A stretch of DNA of 64,000 nt from Watersipora subatra (lineage: Eukaryota): NCBI RefSeq assembly GCF_963576615.1, contig NC_088716.1, forward strand, positions 43,431,910 through 43,495,909, in the 5' to 3' direction. Shown piece by piece: positions 1 through 12,789 of the stretch. The notes under the pieces are model-generated. The model made no database searches and had not been told where the DNA came from. It saw nothing but the letters and a program-made list of their open reading frames with translations. Position 1 is the first letter of the stretch. Each line of letters opens with the position of its first letter. A program made the translations under genes and the position numbers.

Positions 1-3000
1 GATCATAACGGTGACAACATTGGGCAACGATATTTATTTGACAACAAAATGAAACCAACAGATCAGTAAAATAACCACTATTGTTCATAATATTTGTAAA
101 TTCACAAGGGGTTTTATTCAGCATATTTGTTTGTTCAAGTGTTGTGTTGGGGTTCATCCCAGCAGATCTCGATTATTAAGCCCCGCCCACATGATGCCGT
201 CGCCTATCCTTTTTGGGGCTGTATATCATTAATATCACCCACTAGTGTCACTTGCTAGTGTCTCTCCCTAGGGTCACCTGCTAGAGTCACCAGCTTGTGT
301 TGCCTGTTGATGTCATCCGCTAGTTTTGCCTGATTGGGTCACCGGCCTATTTCAATTATGTCACCCATCTTGAAAATTCTAGTTTGTTTTCTACAGACAC
401 AAGTATTGTACCATTAAAGGTTAGAGGGCCTTGTCTCTTTGACCAGGAACAAAACTAACCACGGCCAGCTTTCCAACAACTTCGCCAATAAATGAGAAAC
501 TCGTAGTGTTTGACTAGCAAGAAACTTTTGTAAAGATTGCCAGGTAATTTTTTACTAAGGGTGCACTAAATGATTTTACAGTGTGCCCTGGCTATAAACC
601 TGACCGTCTTTGATGTGTAGACTCCACAGCTTGACATACATGTACAAAAGTTGTTAGGGCCCAAATACTCTGCATGGCTACAGCATGGCTGGACCCCACA
701 CCAGGCCCACTACATGCATACACCACATACTTGGCCCACCCTGAATGACGACTAATTTTATATCTGACAGTCAGGCAATGAAAGAGCTGCAATGGATAGG
801 CTACAACCATAGATGGGCTAAAACTGTGAATAGGTTAAGCAGGTGTTCGTGGAAGGAGTATCCAGTGCAAAAAGATAGCTCTACATTGAAAGTGTGGATT
901 GCAGGCTAGATCAAGAACAGCTTTTGAGTTTCTGGCAAAGCCATCATTAGATGTAATCTACAGTCCTAACTAATAGAAGTAGCCAGAATTTTAAAGGCGT
1001 GACCTTTCGTTCAAATATAGAAAGGTCATAGTCTTGGTTCTTGAAAGAGAATGACAATTTGGTAGCTTTGGCTAAAAAAAGCTGAACACTTAGGATGTAT
1101 GTGAATATGTTTACGAAGGATGTAGCCAGAGAAAGCAGATGTATTTAGAATTATTCTAATAGTGAAACAGAGTTATACGTAACTGGATCGATGACATCAC
1201 AAATGCTTCTAGCATGTCTCTTTTTATAAATATGTGAAACGCGAGTAGATTGTTTTTAAAAAGTGCTTAAAACCGAATTCCCAAAGTGGTTTTTATTGCT
1301 GCAGCAAAATTTTGTTCTGTTATAGCTAACTATATTTATGTCACCTCTAAATTAGACCTCAGTTTGAATGTATCTGAAGATGTTGACACTTACATTGCAA
1401 TGAATGATTGATGTCTAAAACATTGTCAAAGGAAACTGTCTTTGCTAAAAGCAAATCACGATGAGACACACAGCAGTATGGCTTGTCCTAATGCCAATTT
1501 TGGATGGTGAAATTTGAGGTGTTTTCAAAAGAGTTGTTTAGAAATCTGGTTTGTATCTATTTTGATGCCACTAACTCCTCAAAAGGATAAAGTTTTTCAT
1601 TTTCTTACCAAGATGGTCAAATATGCAATATGCTCAGAGGTCTGCTACCTTTTCTACTGAAAGAGCCATTTGGATTCGTTTTTCGTAGGAAAGAACGGAA
1701 TGGGAGCCACAAACCCCGTTTGATATTTTAAATTAAAAAATACATAAATACTACATGTAACGTTTTTGTTTAGCTTCTAATGCTTTTATACCATGTTTAC
1801 AACATAAAATGAAAAAGTGTGGCATGAGTAATGATTTAACTGCTGAGAACAAAAAATAATACTTTTGCAAAGAACAATAAAATAGCTAATGATAACTTGA
1901 TCGTAACGTGAAAATATTACGTTGTTTATAACGTTACTTTCAAGAAAAATTTCAACTTCATGTTTAATTCAGTCCTTCTTTTAACAAAACGCTGAACTTA
2001 AATTCTAACTGCAACAAATGTCATTCATGCAGCATTTTTTGCTCAAATTAGCCTTACGCATCAGTTTCGAAATGGCCTTTTTTCTCTCATCTCCCTCTGG
2101 ATATTTTTGAGCAAAGGCTGCGTGTTTATTCTGAAAGTGTATTGCGATATTTGACTTTCTGTTTGCAAATCTCTCATTACATTTTAAGCAAACTGGTGAA
2201 CCAGTCTCATCAGCAGTGAAAGCAAACGAATCAACCCATGTAGTATTAAATGTTCTATTTTCACTCTCATTTTTCTTTCCTTAGTATTCGCCATAGTTTG
2301 CCTACCTGGGATATAAAAATCAAGAAATGTTGTGCTGGATGGTGTAATTTTGGCAGTTTTGTTGGCGCATAAATAATGACGCATAACAAACAAAAATGTT
2401 TCAGCTATCACTATAATTACAATTTTTTAAATTATATTACAAAATTTAGTGATAAAACTTCTATATTTTTTATGAATTACTCAGCATATGGTAAAAAAAG
2501 GGAAAAATCGAAGTCATAGGGAGCCGCAGTGATGGGATGAAAGAGCCGCATGCGGCTCCGAAGGCCTCGGGTCGCTGACCCCTGGTCTAGCTACATGTAT
2601 TATATGTGGTATCGGGGATGAGATTTGCTGTTTTATACTATTTTGTCTTACATAGAAATTGTTTTATTAGAACATATATTTATGATATTTTACTTCTTCA
2701 TGCCCTGATTTACATCTACAGTCAAACAAGGATAACTCAAACTTCACGGGACCGAGCGAAAGTGTTCGAGTTATCAGGGAGTTCAAATTATCGGAGCACT
2801 GTCACAAGTACATGTATGTATCAGTAGATAGATATACAAACTGTATATAAATCAAAAGCATAGATTGCTTGTTGCAAGTTAAAGGGCCTCTCACGTGAAG
2901 TTTTAAAAAATTTTATCAGAAAGATAGATATTTTTCTATCACTTTATATTTGTTTTTTGTTTTAGATGATGTGACTGCCAGGACGTTTTCAGATTAAAAT

Positions 3001-3596
3001 TGGCAAAACTTGATGGGGATTGAAAAACTCAGCAAAAATACATTTTTCTCTTTTGAGCGTTTTAACCAAGATCAACTTTGCCAATTTTACTTTAAGTTTA
3101 TCCGAAGTTTTCCACTCTTTCCTTTGCTTTCGATGGTCCACCGCAAAGCGGATGTTTGGTAAAATTTGACCTTTTACAAACCTTTAGAAAAGTTTATAAC
3201 GTAAATATTTAGCTGATGGTGGTAATAATGATGCCTAAGAACTACTGAAAGTTTATGTTTATCTCTATAACTTGGAATAAAGGGATATTCTAAAGTGATA
3301 AAAACCATCTCGGTAGCTGTAGGGCAAAAAACTGTTCGAGTTAATGATGCTAAGTTCAAGTTATCTAATGCAATTTATCATTGCGTGGGAACGGACCGAG
3401 CAAATCCGTTCGAGTTAAAAATGTGTTTGAAATATCCTTGGGCAAGTTATTTGTGTTTGACTGTAGGTACAAAGTCTTAGTTTTGATTTTTTTTAAAGTT
3501 TGGAGGGATCTTTCCTCAAGTTTTTTGTAAATGCTTTTTTTATTGTTAGACTGTGATTCGAGGTAAATTAGCAGGACATGAATCAACACAAGAATG

Positions 3597-4545
3597 TGAT
3601 ATGATACAATATGGTACAATACAATATGACATGATACAAAATAATATGATACAATATGATACAATACAAAATGATATGATACAATATGGTATGTTACAAT
3701 GTGATACGATACATTATGATACGATACAATATGATACGATACAATATGATACGATACAATATGATACGATACAACATGATATGATACAGTGCGATATGAG
3801 ACAATATGTTATCATACATTATGATACAATACAATATGGTGCGATAGAGTACGATACAATTTATACTATACAATACGATACAAAATGATACGATACAATA
3901 TGATACAATATGATACAATATGATACGATACAACATGACACGATACAATATGATACCTTACAATATGATGCAATATGATATGATATGATACAGTATGCTA
4001 TCATACAATATGATATGATACAACATTATATGATACATCATGATATGATACAATGTGGTACAATATAATATGGCATAATACAGTGTGATACAATACAATA
4101 TGATATGATACAATGGGTACGATACCATATGATACGATATGATACAGTACAATATGATACTATACAATATGGTATGATACAATATGATACAATATAATAT
4201 AATACAATACTATATGATACGATACAATATGATATGAGACAATATGCTATCATACAATATGATATGGTACAACATGATATGACACAATATGATGCAAAAA
4301 GTTATGATATGATACAACATGACATGATACAACATGATATTATACAATGTGATACAGTACAATATAATATGATACAATACGATATGGTACAATATGATAT
4401 TATACAATATGATATGGTACAACATGATATAATACAACATGAAACAATACAATATGGTAAGATACAAATTGATGCGATAAAATGTGACACGATGCAATAT
4501 GATACGATACAATATGATCCAATACGATATGCAATATTGTGATAT
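3597..4545. repeat. 15-bp satellite (gatacgatacaatat)n with point variants, ~60 units
   Basis: Direct reading: period-15 tandem array; long ORFs on both strands (3553..3888, 3694..3948, 4210..4611 etc.) are repeat translations (DTIQY / YRIIL). Confidence 0.9.
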
Positions 4546-4917
4546 AGTAGTAGCAGCCAGCCAGGCACTAGCACTGAGTGCTTTGGCTGAAAGGTCACTT
4601 ATTAGTGGCACGCACTAACAGCTAAGAAATTGCATAATAGTCTGATCAGCTATTTCGGCTATACTCGGCTCAGCTGGACTGGCCACATTATGACTTATAT
4701 ACTGAAGCCGAGTCACGTAGGCAAGATCAATAGAGCATCAACAGGGCGTAGCCTATTAAACAAGGATATTTATATATAGAACTGAATAAAAGTTTTTATT
4801 AGTTTTGATGCATGCTTATTTGTGCTTGAACTTATAACTAAGTATATTCTCTTGAATAAACACTTGCCTTGTTGGTTTATATGATCGGTCTTGTGGAGAA
4901 TAAAGGGCTAGTGGAAT

Positions 4918-5030
4918 CCTTTACAATATGACACGATACAATGTGATATGATACAGTATGATATGATACAATATGATATGATACAATATGATATGATACA
5001 ATATGAAACTATACAACATTTCATGATACA
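4918..5030. repeat. second block of the same 15-bp satellite
   Basis: Same unit (gatatgatacaatat) resumes after 370 bp of unique sequence. Confidence 0.85.
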
Positions 5031-5070
5031 ATAATGGTTGCCACCTTAGTTCTTGTAGCATTTCTGTCCC

Positions 5071-5463
5071 TCATAACTTGGGATATCTTGGGCTAGTAGA
5101 TAAAACGTTAAGTGCATACTCACTATGGAGTTTGATGAGCGCTCCTTGGTAAGTTATGGTTGCATCAGAGACGAATCTGAAGATTATACTGTCATCGACT
5201 ACATGAAGATACAGGATCAATCGTTCACTGTGGTCGGCGATCATTTTCTTCGTTTGATTTGGATGCCCTGTGACTCCGATTATTTCCAGGTAGTCAAAGG
5301 GACGTTCGAGCTCAATCGCAGGCCTGATGACCATATCTAGTCTGAGAAGGGAGTCTGGAGATACACCAGTGAGCGTTAGAGAAGAGTTAATGTCATTTCG
5401 GTATTTTTCAGTTGGGTAGCCTGAGTGGGTTGCGATGTACAAAAGAGCATCTGAAGGTATCAT
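5071..5463 (-). CDS. orphan 130-aa ORF of unknown function, possibly a fragment
   Basis: ORF track only; intronless, no recognisable motif (weak LEIIGVTG resemblance to SAM-methyltransferase motif I); wedged between satellite and (TA)n. Confidence 0.12.
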   Translation of the reverse strand: MIPSDALLYIATHSGYPTEKYRNDINSSLTLTGVSPDSLLRLDMVIRPAIELERPFDYLEIIGVTGHPNQTKKMIADHSERLILYLHVVDDSIIFRFVSDATITYQGALIKLHSEYALNVLSTSPRYPKL

Positions 5464-5559
5464 TCTATCATTGTTATGGCCCTGGTCTATCGGGATAATA
5501 TCTGCAATAACAATATGAACATCAAACCAAACCTATTCTATTGTGCAGTAATTTACAGT

Positions 5560-7035
<1,476 letters not shown>

Positions 7036-7164
7036 CTATATATATATATATATATATAAACTATATTAAGAACTGAAAACTTTTAAAATATCTTCTTCAT
7101 CAGTATATATATATATAAACTATATTAAGAACTGAAAACTTTTAAAATATCTTCTTCTTCATCA

Positions 7165-7204
<40 letters not shown>

Positions 7205-7210
<6 letters not shown>

Positions 7211-7566
7211 CTTTTACAGTTGTTTTTATTTTCTCTCCTAACTTATTTTGACTACAGAAAACTATATATATTGAAATTTATCCTACTTAGAACTAAAATC
7301 AAAGTGCTCAACATAAGATGGAGCAGTATAAATTGGAAAATTAAATAGTTCACTTATCTTTTCAGCTACTGACAGTTTCCTGCTGTGGCATTCTTCAGGC
7401 TGTAAACTTCAACTTGAAGAATGCAACAGCAGGAAACTGTCAGTAGCTGAAAAGATAAGTGGACTATTTAATTTTCCAATTTATATATATATATATATGT
7501 ATATACATATATATAGTTTTCTGTAGTTGAAATAAATTAGGAGAGAAAATAAAAACAACTGTAAAA
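7205..7566. repeat. large foldback palindrome: inner arms ~70 bp (7331-7400 / 7421-7489) with 20-bp loop, outer arms ~60 bp (7208-7268 / 7506-7566)
   Basis: Reverse-complement comparison by eye: inner arms differ at 2 positions; outer right arm is a copy of the interspersed repeat 'aacaactgtaaa(a/g)gttttcaaac'. Confidence 0.85.
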
Positions 7567-8224
7567 GTTTTCAAACTTTGTCAAACAATGGCAACTTTCA
7601 AACTTTATATCATGAGGGAACGATTTTGTGCAGAACAGGTTCTTTTCTTTGGAGGTATTAGACAATGTGTAACTTCTGAGAATACATGTATTTAACAGAT
7701 TAATAAAAAAAATATGACAGAATATGGTAGTATTTTGTGGTTGAAATTTTATTAGCACAATGTCTGCCAAAAAATGGTTGAATGAAAAATTAATACTAAT
7801 AATAAAGGTTGGAAACTAACTAAGTAGTAATAGGTAACAGTGATAGGACAATGAATAATGGTTCAACTTCAAACAAATATTAAACTCAAATTATGTTTAA
7901 AAAATGCAAATTGCAATAAAAACGATAACGTAACCAACTTATATTATAAACTTTAAAAGTTATACAAAATCTTACAGATAATCTTACATTAATCTTACAA
8001 ATGATTGTTGTAAAATGGGAAAATAATTACGAATTACTAATTGGTTAGGTTTAGAAGGAAAGATGTGTAAGCTAATAAACAAAGCGAGCAATGATAGAAA
8101 AAATTTGGAAACACGCATTTAATGAATGAAACATTCGGCTGTTGAGGAAAGGAAATAGCGCTTGTTGCTATACTATATCGCTATTAAAATAAACGATAAT
8201 TAACAAAATGAATAACATTTAACA

Positions 8225-9430
8225 AAATAAAAACAACTGTAAAGGTTTTCAAACTTTTTCAAACAACTATAAGTTTCAAACTTCATATCATGAAGAAAAG
8301 GTTTTCAAACCACTGTAAATTTAAAAGTTCATAACTTTCAGCGGCGTATAGCTTTTAATAACGTACAGTTCAACTTATTTTAGCGGAACTGTTCTAGCGT
8401 TGCTAACCAAGTTTTTTGAGATCCGAAACAATTTTTCCCATTAAAGAAAAATTGTGTAGATTTTAATTCGATTCAAGATGAAAAAAACTGGGTAAATTCG
8501 GAGATATACTTCGGTAAAGTAATTTTTTCAACATTTTACACCATAAGCTGTACTGTATACTGCATACTATAAATAGAAACGGATATATATAGATCGTGTT
8601 TAATTTTGATAAAATGTTTTATATTTATGATGGGAAAAAAGCAAAAGTAAACATTTTGTACATTTGGCTTTTCAAACATCCAAAGCATTAAAGGTTAAAA
8701 TACAATACTTAAAATTGCAAAAATGGATAATGAAACAGCAAAAAATGCAACAGATAGTTGCAGTAAAAATCATGGGGAAAAGAAAATATAAACAGCAATG
8801 GCCTGTTAACTTTACATCTTTAACATATCATGAGAAAAATGTTTTGCGCAGGGCAACTAAATTAAAAATAAATAAAACAACTGTAAATGTTTTCAAACCA
8901 CTGTAAATTTAAAAGTTCATAGCTTTCCGTGACGTACAGCTTTTAGTAACGTACAGTGGAACCTCGGTTCTCGAACATAATCTGTTCCAAAAGGTTGTTA
9001 TGTGTTACCCTTTAGGTTAGGTTATGTGTTAGGTTGTTCTAGCGTTGCTAACCGAGTTTTTCGAGATCCGAAACAGTTTTTCAAATTAAAATAAAATTAT
9101 GTAGATTTTAATCCGTTCCAAGATGAGAAAAACTTGGGTAAATTCGGAGATATACTTCGGCAAAGTATGTTTTCAACATTTTACATCATAAGCTGTACTG
9201 TATACCGCATACTATAAATAGAAACGGGTAGATATAGATCGTGTTTAATTTTAATGAAATGTTTTATATTTATGATGTTGAAAAAAAAAGCAAAAGTAAA
9301 CAACATCTAAAGCATTAAAAGTTAAAATACAATAATAAAAATTGCAAAGATAGATAATGAAACAGCAAAGAAATGCAACAGATAGTTAAATCAAAAATCG
9401 TAGGAAAATGAAAATATAAATAGCAATGGC
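8225..9430 (+). repeat. tandem duplication of a ~650-bp unit containing the interspersed 'aacaactgtaaaggttttcaaac' repeat
   Basis: 8380-8640 nearly identical to 9040-9300; unit heads at 8225 and 8876; related copies at 7551-7620 and 45790-45850. Confidence 0.75.
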
Positions 9431-9789
9431 CTGTTTACTTTACATCTTTAAAGGAGAGTCATCCTTCAAAACAATTTAGGGTAACTCGACTGGAAGTTTC
9501 GTCTCGTAGAGCAGAAAAGAACTCGACTGCAAATTTCTTCGGTAGAGGAGGCGTCGTCCCACATGGTTTCTCCCTTTTTGTAAAGAATTTACGAAGCGTG
9601 AAATGCTTATCCATTTCCAAGGGTTTTTTGGAGCTTTGCTAATTGCAATGCGCATGCTCCATTTTAGTTGAGAACCGAATTTATGTTCAAGCTTCGAGGC
9701 AAACAAATCTCAAAATCTTTAGTGCAAAACCTAAGACTAAAATAATAAGCACACGCGTGCTGTATATTTTATATGAAAACATTTCTATT

Positions 9790-9965
9790 TGCTATAGTGT
9801 TCTAGCTCAGTGGTAGAACATCCAGATTAAACGCTCGTCGATTGGTGAAATCGTCGTGAGTTTGAATTCCATCAGATTGCGAAAAATTAAGATTTTAAGA
9901 TCTATAGCTGGAAATCCGAAAGATATTCGATACACGACATACGACGACACACGGACATACTTTGA
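9790..9965 (+). mobile_element. tRNA-derived SINE-like element (family 1)
   Basis: A-box-like tagctcagtggtagaac and B-box-like gtgagtttgaattcc; body shared with 44940-45075 (+) and 33000-33100 (-); not a foldable tRNA. Confidence 0.4.
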
Positions 9966-9983
9966 GAAATATATATATATATG

Positions 9984-10051
<68 letters not shown>

Positions 10052-11415
10052 TACATATATATGTATATATATATATATATATGTGTGTGTATATAATGTG
10101 TGTATATATAATGTGTATATATAGTGATATAGCGTAAACCAGCCTTAACAATCCTTGTGACATTATGTTTGACAGGTGTCAGTTAGCTTGAATAATTAGT
10201 TTATAGCATGTGAACACAAGCTATAAACTATAGTGTCAAATGATTTGAATAATTAGCATATAATGTGGGAGAGCAGGCTATAAACACTACTGTTTTAATA
10301 GGCTGGTTCATAGTACACTATGCATCAGACAACATGAATGAAATAGGAATATCTAAGGTTGTATATACAACAGAACTCGCGCAGGTTTGTGTGCAAAATT
10401 ACATTGGCTGCCAACAGTTGTCAGAAAGGTTGAGCAAAACTCAAACTATGTTGATGTTATCAATCAGTTCATTCTCTTTAAGCCTCCGTACATTTGCGAT
10501 ATTATCTATCTATCCAATTATTAGTCAAACTTGTAATCATTGTGTTTGTTAAGCATTAAGAAGACAACGTCTCGAGTTTTGAATGCTTTAAATTCTTTTT
10601 GTTAAAGGTGTGCAAGTACCTTCTCTGCTTCTGTCTAAAGAAACAGAGACAAATATCAATTACTTGTTGGAGTCACATGGTTAACCTGAATTCAAGCCAG
10701 CTAACATAACAATATCAAACCTATTTACTTTAGCTATTGCGAATGTCTGGTGCCACATTTATCTGTACTGCTTTTCATTATGATCAAGTGAAACAATATT
10801 TTACAAAATGGAAACTATCTATTCTAATAATACGATGATCTAAACAGTAAAATTATCATCTCAGACTATATAGATAAAGGAAACTGACTCTCCTAATTAA
10901 GACCAATATAAGGCTATAACAGCGGCTACAATTTGATGTCAGTTTTTGTCTTTGTAGCCCTGACCAGAGATATAACCGTTTAAATGAGATCAGCTTTTAG
11001 AATGTTTACATTCAAGCGGGTGCTTTATTTGTGACGTGTATAATGAGCGTATATGAAAAAGTCCTTGAGCGATAAGTATACTATCTTTTCTTCAGGCAGT
11101 CATCAGCACAAAAGTTTTATACAGGTCATAATAAATTTTATCACTAGCAGATTCGTTTGCTGTGATTTTGAAAATTTTGGTCATTAGGGAATTTACTGAT
11201 TTACTGGACTATGCATGCTGAATCGATACGCTTTATTGGCAAAAAACAGAATTTTCAAAGGCTTTATGTTCCAGCCAAGGTGACTCAGTTTTCTGAGCAT
11301 CAGCCCGTTAAAGATTGGGGCAGATTGTCTATGGTCAGAGCTGACAGGCGTCAACAGCGTTATGCTGCAGAGGAAGATAGGAGAAAGGACGTAAAACTTT
11401 CTTTAACTTTGTGTC
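9940..11415 (+). repeat. 1.45-kb segmental duplicate, copy 2
   Basis: see copy 1; ends in (TA)n 11409-11470. Confidence 0.85.
9961..10090. repeat. (TA)n microsatellite
   Basis: direct reading. Confidence 0.95.
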
Positions 11416-11469
11416 CTTATATATATATATATATATATATATATCTATATACATATATATATATACATG

Positions 11470-11590
11470 TATATATATATGCAATAAAGAGGATACATCT
11501 CACTACTACATCAATGTACTCGTATGTCTATGTTATAACGAGTATACACCTCACTAGTACATCAATGTACGTCAATGTATGTACAACAAT
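11470..11590 (+). repeat. 60-bp minisatellite, 2 units (catcaatgtac...tatgtctatgttataa)
   Basis: Same unit as the 9-unit array at 16430-16990 but in opposite orientation. Confidence 0.7.
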
Positions 11591-11611
11591 ATATATATAT
11601 ATATGTATATA

Positions 11612-11644
<33 letters not shown>

Positions 11645-12597
11645 TGTGATTTGAGCACTCTGGTGCCAGCACATTGACTTTCTTAAAGTCTGTGAGGCAA
11701 CTTAGTTGTTTCATGGCAGGAAGTCAACTCTCATTGGTAATGGGATTTGTGTTCCTTGCCTAAGCTCTGAGCTGCACTGATGAGGCTTCAATAGCCGAAA
11801 CAATACTGTCTGTAGCATGAGTATATGCTCCCTCACTTCGGTTTGGTTGAGCACTCTGTGAGAGGTGCGGCACTATTAGCCTTTGTGCAAAGCTCATCAC
11901 TTTTGTGATTTGAGCACTCTGGTGCCAGCACATTGACTTTCTTAAAGTCTGTGAGGCAACTTAGTTGTTTCATGGCAGGAAGTCAACTCTCATTGGTAAT
12001 GGGATTTGTGTTCCTTGCCTAAGCTCTGAGCTGCACTGATGAGGCTTCAATAGCCGAAACAGTACTGTCTGTAGCATGAGTATATGCTCCCTCACTTCGG
12101 TTTGGTTGAGCACTCTGTGAGAGGTGCGGCACTATTAGCCTTTGTGCAAAGCTCATCACTTTTGTGATTTGAGCACTCTGGTGCCAGCACATTGACTTTC
12201 TTAAAGTCTGTGAGGCAACTTAGTTGTTTCATGGCAGGAAGTCAACTCTCATTGGTAATGGGATTTGTGTCCCTTGCCTAAGCTCTGAGCTGCACTGATG
12301 AGGCTTCAATAGCCGAAACAGTACTGTCTGTAGCATGAGTATATGCTCCCTCACTTCGGTTTGGTTGAGCACTCTGTGAGAGGTGCGGCACTATTAGCCT
12401 TTGTGCAAAGCTCATCACTTTTGTGATTTGAGCACTCTGGTGCCAGCACATTGACTTTCTTAAAGTCTGTGAGGCAACTTAGTTGTTTCATGGCAGGAAG
12501 TCAACTCTCATTGGTAATGGGATTTGTGTTCCTTGCCTAAGCTCTGAGCTGCACTGATGAGGCTTCAATAGCCGAAACAGTACTGTCTGTAGCATGA

Positions 12598-12599
<2 letters not shown>
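11645..12599 (+). repeat. 259-bp tandem satellite, 3.7 units
   Basis: Unit heads 'tgtgatttgagcactctgg' at 11645, 11904, 12163, 12422; flanked by (TA)n on both sides. Confidence 0.9.

Positions 12600-12685
<86 letters not shown>
12599..12685. repeat. (TA)n microsatellite
   Basis: direct reading. Confidence 0.95.
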
Positions 12686-12789
12686 TAAACTAGAGGTAAT
12701 GATTTTACTAGTCATAAAGAAATATGACTTTATAACCAAACAGAAATTGAGAAATGTGTGAATCCAAGTATATCATACAAATATGCATT

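Noticed and set aside
3553-4611. Multiple 70-130-aa ORFs on both strands (3553..3888, 3694..3948, 4210..4611, 4234..4542 etc.)
   Set aside because: They are translations of the 15-bp satellite (DTIQY / YRIIL periodicity), not genes.
9795-9870. Possible tRNA gene (tagctcagtggtagaac ... gagtttgaattcc)
   Set aside because: No complementary acceptor or anticodon stems can be drawn. The same head occurs in three dispersed copies with a common non-tRNA tail, which is a SINE hallmark.
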